Shown piece by piece: positions 9,828 to 19,397 of a DNA stretch of 64,000 bases. The notes beneath the pieces were generated by a model, which did not search any database, had not been told where the DNA came from, and worked only from the letters and a program-made list of their open reading frames with translations. Position 1 is the first letter of the stretch; each line of letters starts with the position of its first letter. The DNA comes from Myxococcota bacterium (lineage in GTDB: Bacteria > Myxococcota_A > UBA9160 > UBA4427), in the NCBI GenBank assembly GCA_036336835.1, contig JAYZFK010000024.1, positions 11,687-75,686 on the forward strand, read 5' to 3'. Position numbers and translations under genes: made by a program.

Positions 9828-12668
9828 TCAGCTGCATCCGCTCGTGGTGCCGCAGCAGAGGCACTTGTAGCAAGCTCCGTTGCGCACCATGATCTCGCCG
9901 CAGTCCACGCACGGAGGCGCGTCGGCCTGGTTCACGAACGCCGCGACGGGACCGTCGTCCACACCCGTCTCGCCGCGCCCACCAGCAACGACCGCCTTGG
10001 GCGCCGCTGCGCGTCCCTCCGCAATCACCAGCCCTGCCGTGCTCTCGCCCCCTTCGTCGGCGACCACGACCTCGCTCGCGATGTAGCGGTTGCCGAGGTA
10101 GCGGAACACGTAGTCCATCACCGACTTCGCGATCGGAATCTCGCGGTTGTTGGTGAAGCCCGACGGCTCGAAGCGCGTGTGGCTGAACTTGTCGACCAGC
10201 GCCCGCAACGGAACCCCGTACTGCAGCGAGATCGAGGTCATGGTCGCGATCGTGTCCATCAGTCCGGACACCGTGCTGCCTTCCTTCGCCATCCGCAGGA
10301 AGATCTCGCCCGGCTGGCCGTCGCCGTACAGCCCCACGGTCAGGTAGCCCTCGTGGCCCGCGATCGAGAACTTGTGCGTCAGAGCCTGGCGTTCGTCCTC
10401 GAGCTTGCGGCGCACGGGCCGAGCCTCGACGAGCTCGACGCCCTCCGCGACGTCCTTGCCGGCGTTGAGCGGCTGCGTGCGCTTGCTGCCGTCGCGGTAG
10501 AGTGCGAGCGCCTTGAGACCCCGTCGCCAGCCCTCCATGTACGCCTCGGCAACGGTGCCGACCGTGGCGTCCGCGGGCAGGTTCACCGTCTTGCTGATCG
10601 CGCCCGAGAGGAATGGCTGGACGGCGCCCATCATCCGCACGTGACCCATCCAGTCGATGGAGCGCGTGCCGTTCTGGGCCCGGAAGGCGCAGTCGAAGAC
10701 CGGCAGATCCTCGTGCGCGAGGCCGGGGGCGCCCTCGATGCTTTCGTGCTCGTCGATGTAGGCGACGATCTGCTCGATCTGCTCCGGTGTGTAGCCGAGA
10801 TTGGCGAGAGCCATCGGCACCGTGTTGTTCACGATCTTCAGGAAGCCGCCGCCGACTAGCTTCTTGTACTTCACGAGCGCGATGTCGGGCTCCACACCCG
10901 TCGTATCACAGTCCATCATGAAGGCGATCGTGCCCGTCGGTGCCAGTACCGTGACCTGCGCGTTCTTGTAACCGTGCTGCGTGCCGAGCTCGAGCGCCTC
11001 GGTCCATGCATCGCGCGATGCCTGCCACAGGCCCTTCGGCAGGCCCTTGGGCGACAGCTGCTCGGCCGCCGCCTTGTGCATGCCGATCACCTCGAGGAAG
11101 GGCTTCCGGTTCATCCGGTAGCGCGGGAACGGCCCGGTCGCCTCGGCGATCTCGGCGCTGGTCCGATAGGCCCAACCACACATCAGCGAGGTGATCGATG
11201 CCGCCACGTTGCAACCGACCTCGCTGTCGTACGGTACGCCGAACGCCATCAGCAGCGCACCGAGGTTCGCGTATCCGAGGCCCAGCGGGCGGAACAGATG
11301 GCTGTTGCGATCGATCGTCGCCGTCGGGTAGTCGGCCGGATCGACCACGATCTCCTGCGCCAGGATCGTGAGCGCCACCGCGCGCCGGAAGTCCTCGACC
11401 TGGAAGCCACGCTCCTCAGAGACGAACGTCATCAGGTTGAGGCTGGCCAGGTTGCAGGCCGTGTCGTCGAGGAACATGTACTCCGAGCACGGATTGCTCG
11501 AGTTGATGCGCCCCGAGGTCTTGACCGGATTCCAACGATTGATGGTGGTGTCGTACTGGATGCCCGGGTCGCCGCACAGGTGCGCTGCCTCAGCCATCTC
11601 CTTCATCAGATCGCGCGCCTTGAAGCTGTCGCACACCTCGCCGCTGGTGACGGCCCTGGTGTTCCAGCCGCTGTCCGCCTCGACCGCGTGCATGAACGCA
11701 TCGGTCACTCGCACCGAGTGGTTCGCATTCTGGAAGAAGACCGAGTCGTAGGCGCCGCCCGGGACATTGAAGCCCCCGGCGTAGCCGGCATCGATCAGCG
11801 ACCAGGCCTTCTGCTCCTCGTTGGCCTTGCTGCTGACGAACTCGCGCACGTCCGGGTGATCGACGTCCAGGATCACCATCTTCGCCGCGCGGCGCGTCTT
11901 GCCGCCGCTCTTGATCACGCCGGCGAACGCATCGAAGCCCTTCATGAACGACACCGGGCCGGAGGCCTCGCCTCCGCCGTGCAGCTTCTCGCGAGACGAG
12001 CGAATCCTGGAAAGGTTCGTTCCCGCGCCCGAGCCGCCCTTGAACAGCAGCGCCTCGGTCTTCGCGAGATCCATGATCGACTCCATGGTGTCGTCCACGG
12101 AGTTGATGAAGCAGGCGCTCGCCTGCTGTGGCGTGTCGGCGACACCGAGGTTGAACCAGACCGGGCTGTTGAACGCCATCTGCTGGTGGACCACCAGGTA
12201 GGTCAGCTCGTCGGCGTAGGTCTGTGCGTCGGCGGGCGTGCGGAAGTAGCCGCCCTGCTCGCCCCACTCGCGGATGCGCCCAACGACGCGGCCGATCAGC
12301 TGCTTGACACTGGTCTCGCGCTCGGACGTCCCCGCGTGACCGCGGAAGTACTTCGAGACGACGACGTTCGTTGCGAGCTGCGACCAGGAGGCGGGCACCT
12401 CCACGTCGGTCTGCTCGAACACGACCTCGCCGAGCTCGTTGGTAATCCTGGCGGAGCGCTGTGCCCATTCGACGGAATCGAACGGATCCTCGCCGCGCTT
12501 CGTGAAGTGTCGCGGGATCTTCAGGCCCGGAGGCTTGCGCTTGCCGGCACCCCGGGGCTTGCCCGGCGTCACCGCTTCGAGGTGTCGCTTGCCACCCCGA
12601 TCCTTCGCACCTGTCGTCCGCTTCCGATTGCTCATTCCGCCCCCCGCATGGCTCTGATTGTCATCCAT
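9828..12668 (-). CDS. nrdJ: Vitamin B12-dependent (class II) ribonucleotide reductase with TSCPD domain and C-terminal Cys-rich ribbon (alternative start 12635)
   Basis: FNSPVWFN, SACFI, SNPCSEY, ACNLASLNL, APTGTI, GAISKTVN, YRDGSK, C-terminal CVDC...CYKCLCCGTTSGCS. Confidence 0.96.
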   Translation of the reverse strand: MDDNQSHAGGGMSNRKRTTGAKDRGGKRHLEAVTPGKPRGAGKRKPPGLKIPRHFTKRGEDPFDSVEWAQRSARITNELGEVVFEQTDVEVPASWSQLATNVVVSKYFRGHAGTSERETSVKQLIGRVVGRIREWGEQGGYFRTPADAQTYADELTYLVVHQQMAFNSPVWFNLGVADTPQQASACFINSVDDTMESIMDLAKTEALLFKGGSGAGTNLSRIRSSREKLHGGGEASGPVSFMKGFDAFAGVIKSGGKTRRAAKMVILDVDHPDVREFVSSKANEEQKAWSLIDAGYAGGFNVPGGAYDSVFFQNANHSVRVTDAFMHAVEADSGWNTRAVTSGEVCDSFKARDLMKEMAEAAHLCGDPGIQYDTTINRWNPVKTSGRINSSNPCSEYMFLDDTACNLASLNLMTFVSEERGFQVEDFRRAVALTILAQEIVVDPADYPTATIDRNSHLFRPLGLGYANLGALLMAFGVPYDSEVGCNVAASITSLMCGWAYRTSAEIAEATGPFPRYRMNRKPFLEVIGMHKAAAEQLSPKGLPKGLWQASRDAWTEALELGTQHGYKNAQVTVLAPTGTIAFMMDCDTTGVEPDIALVKYKKLVGGGFLKIVNNTVPMALANLGYTPEQIEQIVAYIDEHESIEGAPGLAHEDLPVFDCAFRAQNGTRSIDWMGHVRMMGAVQPFLSGAISKTVNLPADATVGTVAEAYMEGWRRGLKALALYRDGSKRTQPLNAGKDVAEGVELVEARPVRRKLEDERQALTHKFSIAGHEGYLTVGLYGDGQPGEIFLRMAKEGSTVSGLMDTIATMTSISLQYGVPLRALVDKFSHTRFEPSGFTNNREIPIAKSVMDYVFRYLGNRYIASEVVVADEGGESTAGLVIAEGRAAAPKAVVAGGRGETGVDDGPVAAFVNQADAPPCVDCGEIMVRNGACYKCLCCGTTSGCS

Positions 12669-12969
12669 CTCGGCTTCGCACGTCCCGCACGTGTTTGGCC
12701 CTCTGCGGTCGGATGCCGCGCCAATCCCCCTGCTCGGTCCGGGAAACCCGGGCCAGTGCCCTGTACCGCCCGTCGGGCGTCGCAGCGCTGGGTGGCAGCG
12801 GAGTCACGCGGACCGGCAGTGAGCCTGACGATGGGCGACCGCGGACAGGCGTACGAGCCGGGTCCTGCGCCCCGGAGCCGCTCGTCAGCCCTGTGTCGAT
12901 TCGCTGGTCGATTGCGCGGTGATGTCTGCTTGCGCGCCCATGCCCACTGCCACTGCCACTGCTGTCCAA
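12661..12969 (-). CDS. Possible small low-complexity ORF upstream of nrdJ
   Basis: GGAG a few nt before a TTG start; its stop overlaps the nrdJ ATG (ATGGATGA); no recognisable domain. Confidence 0.25.
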   Translation of the reverse strand: MDSSGSGSGHGRASRHHRAIDQRIDTGLTSGSGAQDPARTPVRGRPSSGSLPVRVTPLPPSAATPDGRYRALARVSRTEQGDWRGIRPQRAKHVRDVRSRDG

Positions 12970-13030
12970 CTATTTCTCCGGGTCCGCCACCGGCTCCGGT
13001 TCTCGGACTTCATCCAACCTCGAAGACGAG

Positions 13031-13058
13031 AGAGGCGCCGAGCTTCCCCGGCGCCCCC
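13031..13058 (-). terminator. Terminator-like hairpin within the nrdJ upstream region
   Basis: Minus strand GGGGGCGCCGGG-GAAG-CTCGGCGCCTCT, 12-bp stem with G-U pairs, followed by pyrimidine-rich CTCGTCTTC. Confidence 0.5.
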
Positions 13059-13218
13059 GAGCAAGAGTTGGGTCCTCCGTCCCTTCTCAGGCTCGCGTCC
13101 CTCCCCGCAACCGCCTTAGTTGCGAACCCCCCCAGGCCACGGGAGGAACATCACATCCCCGTAGCGCATCTTGATACCGCTGACGCCCCGATGACGTCAA
13201 GCGAAAATTCACCTTCAA

Positions 13219-13266
13219 CCACAAAATATCGTGGTGATTGGAGGCGACTACTACAAGACCTGGAGT
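13219..13266. promoter_or_regulatory. Tandem NrdR boxes
   Basis: CCACAAAATATCGTGG (13219-13234) and CTACAAGACCTGGAGT (13251-13266) match acaCwAtATaTwGtgt, 32 bp apart, upstream of nrdJ. Confidence 0.8.
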
Positions 13267-13375
13267 TCCAAGGAGTTCCAGAGACCCCTCGAACAGCGTT
13301 CTTTTGGGTGGTTTTCACCCAAGCGGTGTCCAGGCGGCAAGTGCGTCATACAACTTGTTGAAATCAAAAGGAATT

Positions 13376-14062
13376 CTAGGGTTCGGACTTGGGCAGGCCG
13401 GTAAAGCGGATGCCGAGGCCTTCGGGCAGCTTGTAGCGGATGTTCAGACCGATCAGCAGGGCCGTGACCTGCTCCACGATCCGCGCGTTGCCGAGCGGCC
13501 CACCGTCTACCGCTCGCAGCCCCGGCACCAGCGGACACAGCGCCATCACGCTCTGGCGCGCCGCGCGGGCGCCGGACACCACCACGTCGCACTCGACCGG
13601 GTGGGCCAGATCCTGCAGCCGGTGGGCCGACACGTTCTGGAACGCCGACACGACCTCCACGCCCTGCGGCACCTGGGTCTGCACCAGCTCGGCGCAGGAG
13701 CCCTGCCAGACATCGATCGTACGCACCGCACTGTCGCCAATGGCCGTCGCCAGGGGCACGCCCATCGACACCACGATCTGCCCGGCCTGCAGCCGATCCT
13801 TGATCCCCTTGACGGTGCCCACCATGTGCTCGAAGGGCACCGACAAGATCACGATCGGCGACTGCTGACACGCGAACTCGTTGGCGAACCCGGCCACCTC
13901 GGCACCCGGCACCTTCTCGCGCACCTCGTCGGCCGCCCGGACGGCGCGATCTTCCTTGCGCGAGCCGATCACGACGGCACGCCCCGCCTGCGCGAAGCGA
14001 AACGCCAGACCGAGCCCCTGGTCGCCTGTTCCACCGAGGATCGCGATCGAATCTGTCTGCAT
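13376..14062 (-). CDS. npdG: NADPH-dependent F420 reductase
   Basis: ILGGTGDQGLGLA, IGSRKEDRA, SAFQNVSA, GGPLGNARIVE, LLIGLNIRYK. Confidence 0.9.
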   Translation of the reverse strand: MQTDSIAILGGTGDQGLGLAFRFAQAGRAVVIGSRKEDRAVRAADEVREKVPGAEVAGFANEFACQQSPIVILSVPFEHMVGTVKGIKDRLQAGQIVVSMGVPLATAIGDSAVRTIDVWQGSCAELVQTQVPQGVEVVSAFQNVSAHRLQDLAHPVECDVVVSGARAARQSVMALCPLVPGLRAVDGGPLGNARIVEQVTALLIGLNIRYKLPEGLGIRFTGLPKSEP

Positions 14063-14155
14063 GACTTCGCACTCTAGCCGGCCCCGTCGCGACGACAAAC
14101 GCGCGGGCGGGCGGCTCTCCGACGACAGGAGCGCAGGATCGGTATGTTGCCGGTC

Positions 14156-14485
14156 ATGTCCGAATCCGGAGCCGAGGCCCGCACGACACCCCGCGCGATC
14201 CAGCAGGAAGGGCCGTCCGTGCTCGGCATCACCTGGGGCGACGGCGTCCAGAGCCGGCTCGACGTGCGCGAGCTCCGGCTCGCGTGCGGCTGTGCCGTCT
14301 GCGTCGACGAGTGGACGGGCGAGCAGCGGCTCGATCCGGCGAGCGTGCCGGACGACGTCCAGCCGACCCGGATCGAGCCCGTCGGGCGCTACGCGATCCA
14401 GATCACCTGGAGCGACGGACACGCTTCGGGCATCTACCCCTACGCGCGACTGCGCCAGCTCGCCGACGGGATACCGGGGTTGTAG
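14156..14485 (+). CDS. DUF971 / GBBH N-terminal-like domain protein
   Basis: LRLACGCAVC, VGRYAIQITWSDGHASGIY. Confidence 0.88.
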   Translation: MSESGAEARTTPRAIQQEGPSVLGITWGDGVQSRLDVRELRLACGCAVCVDEWTGEQRLDPASVPDDVQPTRIEPVGRYAIQITWSDGHASGIYPYARLRQLADGIPGL

Positions 14486-14535
14486 CCGCTCGGCGGGAGT
14501 CGAGCCCGCCAGCCTCCTCTCCTATGCTGCTTGCC

Positions 14536-15303
14536 GTGTCTCCCGTCGACCTCGAGCAAGCCGCCCGGGCAGCAGCCCACGCCGCCGACCTGGCGCGCAA
14601 GGAGACGCTGGCCCGCTTCCGTCGTGTCGCGGTCGAGATCAAGGACGACGGCTCGCCGGTCACCGAGGCGGATCGCGCCGCCGAGCGCACCATCCGCGCC
14701 TCGCTCGAGCAAGCGTTCCCCGGCTTCGCGATCCTCGGGGAGGAGTTCGGCGGCGAGCGCGACGACGAGGGGCCGATGTGGCTGATCGATCCGATCGACG
14801 GGACGATCGCCTACTCGCGCGGCATTCCCCTGTTCTCGACGCTGATCGCGCTCCGGATCGACGGCGAGCCGCGGGTCGGGTTGATCGATCTGCCGGCGCT
14901 CGACGAGCGCTATCTCGCCTGGCAGGGTGGCGGCTGCACGCGCAATGGCCAGCCCGTCCGGGTCTCGACGCGCTCGGACCTCGCGACCGCCATCGTCTCG
15001 CACGGCGATCCCTTCTGCTTCGAACGCGCGGGGATCCCCGATGCCTTCGAGCGCCTGGCGGCGCGGATTCCGATGCTGCGCGGCTACACCGATGCGTTCG
15101 GCCACGCGATGGTGCTGGGCGGCGGTGTCGACGCGATGATCGACTGCGACCTCAACCCGTGGGATGCGGCAGCCACACAGCTGCTCGTCCCGGAGGCCGG
15201 CGGCGTCTGCCATAGCACGCTGCAATCCAATGGTCGGACGCGCCTGGTGTTCGGCAGCCCGCCGCTCGTCGACCAGCTGCTGGCGCTGATCGACGAGGCC
15301 TGA
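14536..15303 (+). CDS. hisN: Inositol monophosphatase family, histidinol-phosphatase (HisN)-like
   Basis: KDDGSPVTEAD, GEEFG, WLIDPIDGT, PWDAAA..EAGG. Confidence 0.72.
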   Translation: MSPVDLEQAARAAAHAADLARKETLARFRRVAVEIKDDGSPVTEADRAAERTIRASLEQAFPGFAILGEEFGGERDDEGPMWLIDPIDGTIAYSRGIPLFSTLIALRIDGEPRVGLIDLPALDERYLAWQGGGCTRNGQPVRVSTRSDLATAIVSHGDPFCFERAGIPDAFERLAARIPMLRGYTDAFGHAMVLGGGVDAMIDCDLNPWDAAATQLLVPEAGGVCHSTLQSNGRTRLVFGSPPLVDQLLALIDEA

Positions 15304-15358
15304 GCACCGGCGCTATCGTTCGCGCCCGCCACGAACGAACGCCGAGGACCTGAGACCC

Positions 15359-17008
15359 ATGAGCTCATCGCGCCCGACCCTCGACGACGCCCGGTGCCTG
15401 CTCGACGCTGCCCAGAGCCTGGTCGACTCCGCGATCGCTCGCGCCAAGGAGATCACACAGGGCGGTCGCACGATCGACGACCACCAGGTGCTGACCGAAC
15501 GCGTCGCCTACGCCGCCACCGAAGCCCGTGCCATGCACGAGCTGGTCGCCACGATCGAGGCGGCTCGCAGCCAGGGCGAGGGCAGCAAGGCGTTCGAACT
15601 GACCGCGATCGTCGGAGTGGGTGAGCTCGCGAGCTCGCTGCGCGAGCGGCTCTCGCTCGCCGCCGACGACCTCGGCATCGGAGATGCGGCCATCGAGGCA
15701 GCATTTCCCGCCGAGCGGCGCGCGACGCTGCGCGGCAGCGTGGCGGAGGAGGCGTTGCGCGAGATCGGCCGCGCCGTCTGCGACACCGCCGGGCGGGGCG
15801 ACTGGCCACTCGACGCGCTGCACGAGCAGGTGCGCGATCAGGTGCGCGAGTTCGCGCTGGCCGAGATCGCCCCCCACGCCGAGCACATCCACCGCAACGA
15901 TGCCGACATCCCCGACGGGTTCATCGAGAAGATGGCCGAGCTCGGCTTCTTCGGGCTGTCGATCCCCGAGCAGTACGGCGGCGTCGAGATGGGCAACCTG
16001 GCGATGATCCTGACCACCGAGGAGCTCTCGCGCGCCTCGCTGGCCGCCGCCGGCTCGCTGATCACGCGTCCCGAGATCCTGACCAAGGCGCTGGTCGCCG
16101 GCGGCAGCGAGGCGCAGAAGCAGGCCTGGCTGCCACGTCTCGCCTCGGGCGAGGTGATGGTGGGAATCGCGGTCACCGAGCCGGACATTGGCAGCGACGT
16201 CGCCTCGGTCCGCTGCCGCGCCGAGCGCGCGACGGTCGACGGCGTCGAGGGCTTTGCGATCGACGGTCCCAAGGCGTGGTGCACCTTCGCCGGGCGCGCC
16301 GACGTCCTGGCGCTGCTCGCTCGCACCGATCCCGAGACCCCGGGCGCAAAGGGCCTGTCACTCTTCATGGTGCCCAAGCCCTCGTTCGCCGGGCACGAGT
16401 TCGAAACGACGCAACCCGGCGGCGGGCGCATCGTCGGCAAGGCCGACGCGACGCCGGGCTATCGCGGGATGCACTCGTTCACGCTCAACTTCGAGCACTA
16501 CTTCGTGCCGGCGGATCACCTGGTGGGCGAAGCCGAGGGCGTCGGTCGGGGCTTCTACCTGCAGATGGGCGGCTTCGCCGCCGGTCGCCTGCAGACCGGC
16601 GGCCGCGCCTGCGGCCTGTCGCAGGCCGCGCTCGAAGAGACGGCCAAGTACGTCGTCGACCGGACGCAGTTCGACCAGCCGCTCTCCGACTTCCAGCTCA
16701 CGCAGTTCACGCTGGGCCGCATGGCCGCCCGGCTCGCCGGCGCGCGCGCCCTGACCTACGCCGCCGCCGGCGCGATGGACGAGGACGAGCGCAAGGCGGC
16801 CCCGCTTGCCGCCCAGGCGAAGCTGCTCGCCTGCGACGTAGCCGTCGAGACCACCCAGCAGGGCCAGCTGATGCACGGCGGCTGGGGCTACGCCGAGGAG
16901 TATCCGATCAGCCGCTACGTCGTGGACGCGACCGTGCTGCCGATCTTCGAGGGCGTGAAGCCGATCCTCGAGCTCAAGGTGATCGGCCGCGCGCTGCTCG
17001 CGACCTGA
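15359..17008 (+). CDS. Acyl-CoA dehydrogenase, probably (2S)-methylsuccinyl-CoA dehydrogenase-like
   Basis: 549 aa with long N-terminal extension; GSLITRPEI, TEPDIGSD, GYRGMHSF, HGGWGYAEEY, IFEG. Confidence 0.85.
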   Translation: MSSSRPTLDDARCLLDAAQSLVDSAIARAKEITQGGRTIDDHQVLTERVAYAATEARAMHELVATIEAARSQGEGSKAFELTAIVGVGELASSLRERLSLAADDLGIGDAAIEAAFPAERRATLRGSVAEEALREIGRAVCDTAGRGDWPLDALHEQVRDQVREFALAEIAPHAEHIHRNDADIPDGFIEKMAELGFFGLSIPEQYGGVEMGNLAMILTTEELSRASLAAAGSLITRPEILTKALVAGGSEAQKQAWLPRLASGEVMVGIAVTEPDIGSDVASVRCRAERATVDGVEGFAIDGPKAWCTFAGRADVLALLARTDPETPGAKGLSLFMVPKPSFAGHEFETTQPGGGRIVGKADATPGYRGMHSFTLNFEHYFVPADHLVGEAEGVGRGFYLQMGGFAAGRLQTGGRACGLSQAALEETAKYVVDRTQFDQPLSDFQLTQFTLGRMAARLAGARALTYAAAGAMDEDERKAAPLAAQAKLLACDVAVETTQQGQLMHGGWGYAEEYPISRYVVDATVLPIFEGVKPILELKVIGRALLAT

Positions 17009-17056
17009 CTCGCCATCCATCTCGCGCGCCGGCGACCGGAGCCGATTCCGCGCGCT

Positions 17057-17599
17057 CTACTCCTCGGCTGCGCGACTCGCCGCTGCACTGGAGACCTGCA
17101 GCTCGCTCACCACCCGGATCACGCCGGGCGCCGACTGCGCCACCTCGACGGCGCGGTCGCGCAGCCCGGTGCTGCCAACGTGTCCGCGCAGCGTGACCAC
17201 GCGCGAGGCCACATGGGCGGTCACCGTGGCGTCGGAGAGCGCCGAATCCTCCAGCAGCCGACGCTGGACGGCGCGGAACAACACGTCGTCGCTGGCTCGC
17301 TCGGCGAGCAGTGCCTCGGCTTCGGTCACGTTGCGCTGTGCTTCGCGCCGTACGCGCTCGGCGTCCGTCAGCTGTTCCTCGAGCTCGCGCATCTTCGAGC
17401 GGAGCTTGCCCACGTCGGCGTCGGCGGCCTCGAGCATCTCGCGGGCAGCCTCGAACTCAGAGTTCGCCTCCTCGAGCGCCGCCTCGGGATCGGGCTCGCC
17501 ACAAGCCGCCAGGCAGAGCGCGAGCCCGATCAGAGCGGATCGCGCCGACAGGGCCCGCAGGACGGGCAGAAAGCTGGGAAGCGTGCGGGTGGCCTGCAT
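17057..17599 (-). CDS. BON-domain lipoprotein with coiled coil
   Basis: Lipobox LAAC, coiled-coil stretch, VTLRGHV...APGVIRVVSEL. Confidence 0.8.
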   Translation of the reverse strand: MQATRTLPSFLPVLRALSARSALIGLALCLAACGEPDPEAALEEANSEFEAAREMLEAADADVGKLRSKMRELEEQLTDAERVRREAQRNVTEAEALLAERASDDVLFRAVQRRLLEDSALSDATVTAHVASRVVTLRGHVGSTGLRDRAVEVAQSAPGVIRVVSELQVSSAAASRAAEE

Positions 17600-17613
17600 G
17601 CTTCGACGGCCCG

Positions 17614-17946
17614 TCAGGGTCGGATCCGGTCTGCCATCTCGTCCAGCGCATCGGCGGCGGAATGGCGCGCTTCGGCCGAGGCGTCATTGGCCACCTGCGC
17701 GGCCGAGTCGGCGGCGGTCTCGGCTCGTTCGACTGCGGCATCGAGCGCCGACTCCGCGTGCTCGGTTACGTCGCGCGTGGCCTGCGTCAGCGCCTCGCCG
17801 ACATCGGACGCGGCCTGCCCGAGCGTGTCACCGACCGCCCCGTGGATCGAGTCGTCCGCCGGTGTCGTGCGGCCGGCATCGTCACCCCCACACGCGAGTA
17901 CGATCCCGATCGCGGACACGGCGAGTGCGGTTGCCCCTCGGCGCAT
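17614..17946 (-). CDS. Small Ala/Asp-rich lipoprotein
   Basis: GAGGGAG SD, lipobox VLAC, amphipathic helical body. Confidence 0.65.
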   Translation of the reverse strand: MRRGATALAVSAIGIVLACGGDDAGRTTPADDSIHGAVGDTLGQAASDVGEALTQATRDVTEHAESALDAAVERAETAADSAAQVANDASAEARHSAADALDEMADRIRP

Positions 17947-18095
17947 TGGCTCTCCCTCTGACGCGACGAGTCGCGACCTCGTCGACAGGTCCTGGCGGCA
18001 GTGTACGCCGCCCTCGGCCCGTGTCCCACGCGGGCCCCGGGGCTGACGCCGCGGGAAGCACGATCGCGAGCGTGGAACGCCTGGAAGCCGGCCCG

Positions 18096-19397
18096 TCAAC
18101 TCGAGAAGAACGCAGCGAGCACTGCGATCATCGGCGCCACGTCGGCGGTACCGGCCATCTCGCGGCAGGAGTGCATCGACAGCATCGGGTTGCCGACGTC
18201 GACGGCGCGGACGCCGAGCCGGGCCGCCGTGATCGGGCCGATCGTCGAGCCGCAGGCCAGATCGCTGCGGCTCACGAAGTGCTGCGGCTCGACCCCGACC
18301 TCGGCGCACAGCGTTGCGAACAGCCCCGCACTCGCGGCATCGGTCGCGTAGGCCTGGTTCGCGTTCGTCTTGATCACGGGCCCGTGGCCGATCCGCGGCT
18401 GGTGACCCGGCTCGTGCCGGTCCGCGTAGTTGGGATGGACGGCGTGCGCCATGTCGACCGAGATCAACACCGACCGGGCGAGCGCCCGGGCGAGCCCCTG
18501 CGGCTCGCCGCCCTTGAACCCGGCGACGATGCGATCGAGCGCGTGCTCGAGCACCGGTCCGGCAGCGCCCTGCGCACTGCGGCTGCCGACCTCCTCGTGG
18601 TCGTAGAGCGCGAGCACCCGCGTCGCATCGGGTAGATCGAGCTCGCCCGCCTCGGCGAGCGACCGCAGCCCCGCGTGGCACGACGCCAGGTTGTCGAGTC
18701 GCGGCGCGTGGATGAACTCGCCGCGCGGGCCGGACACACCAGAGGTCTGCGAGTCGTACACCATCAGATCGAAGGCCAACACGCGTGCGTCGGTGCCTCG
18801 CGTCAGACCCTGCGCGCGCAGCTCGCTGGTGACCAGCTCGCGCAACGGCGGGGCGTCGCCCAGACCCATCACCGGGGCCAGGTGCTTCTGCGGGTTCAGC
18901 TTGAGGCCGTCGCGCGTGACGTCGCGGTCGAGGTGGATCGCCAGGCTCGGTATGCGGAGCAGCGGACGCGCAAAGTCGAGCAGCACCATCTGCACGCCAT
19001 CGGCCGTGCGCAGACTGACGCGTCCCGCGAGCGAGAGATCCCGATCGAGCCAGGTGTGCAGCAGCACGCCGCCGTACGGCTCGACGCCGAGCTGCTGATA
19101 GCCGTGGGCATCGACGTCGGCGAGCGGCTTGAGGCGCAGATTCGGCGAGTCCGTGTGGGCACCGACGATGCGAAACCCGGCCTCGGAGGGCGGCTGCGCC
19201 CCGACCTCGAAGGCGATCAGACTCCCGCCGTTGCGTTCGAGGTAGCGCCGGTCGCCCGGTGCGAGCTCCCAGATCTCGTCCTCTCCGAGCTCCTGGTAGC
19301 CGGCCGCACGCAGGCGCGCGGCCGATTCCGCGACGACGTGATAGGGCGTCGGCGAGCGATCGATGAAGCTGATCAGGTCGGCGATCGGATCGGACAT
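18096..19397 (-). CDS. M18 family aspartyl aminopeptidase
   Basis: SPTPYH, GAHTDSP, RLDNL, DHEEVGS, DMAHAVHPNY, CGSTIGP, SMHSCRE. Confidence 0.95.
   Translation of the reverse strand: MSDPIADLISFIDRSPTPYHVVAESAARLRAAGYQELGEDEIWELAPGDRRYLERNGGSLIAFEVGAQPPSEAGFRIVGAHTDSPNLRLKPLADVDAHGYQQLGVEPYGGVLLHTWLDRDLSLAGRVSLRTADGVQMVLLDFARPLLRIPSLAIHLDRDVTRDGLKLNPQKHLAPVMGLGDAPPLRELVTSELRAQGLTRGTDARVLAFDLMVYDSQTSGVSGPRGEFIHAPRLDNLASCHAGLRSLAEAGELDLPDATRVLALYDHEEVGSRSAQGAAGPVLEHALDRIVAGFKGGEPQGLARALARSVLISVDMAHAVHPNYADRHEPGHQPRIGHGPVIKTNANQAYATDAASAGLFATLCAEVGVEPQHFVSRSDLACGSTIGPITAARLGVRAVDVGNPMLSMHSCREMAGTADVAPMIAVLAAFFSS

Noticed and set aside
12669..13200. Cobalamin riboswitch upstream of the B12-dependent nrdJ
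   Set aside because: No recognisable GGGAA, GCCACTG or B12-box arrangement seen by eye
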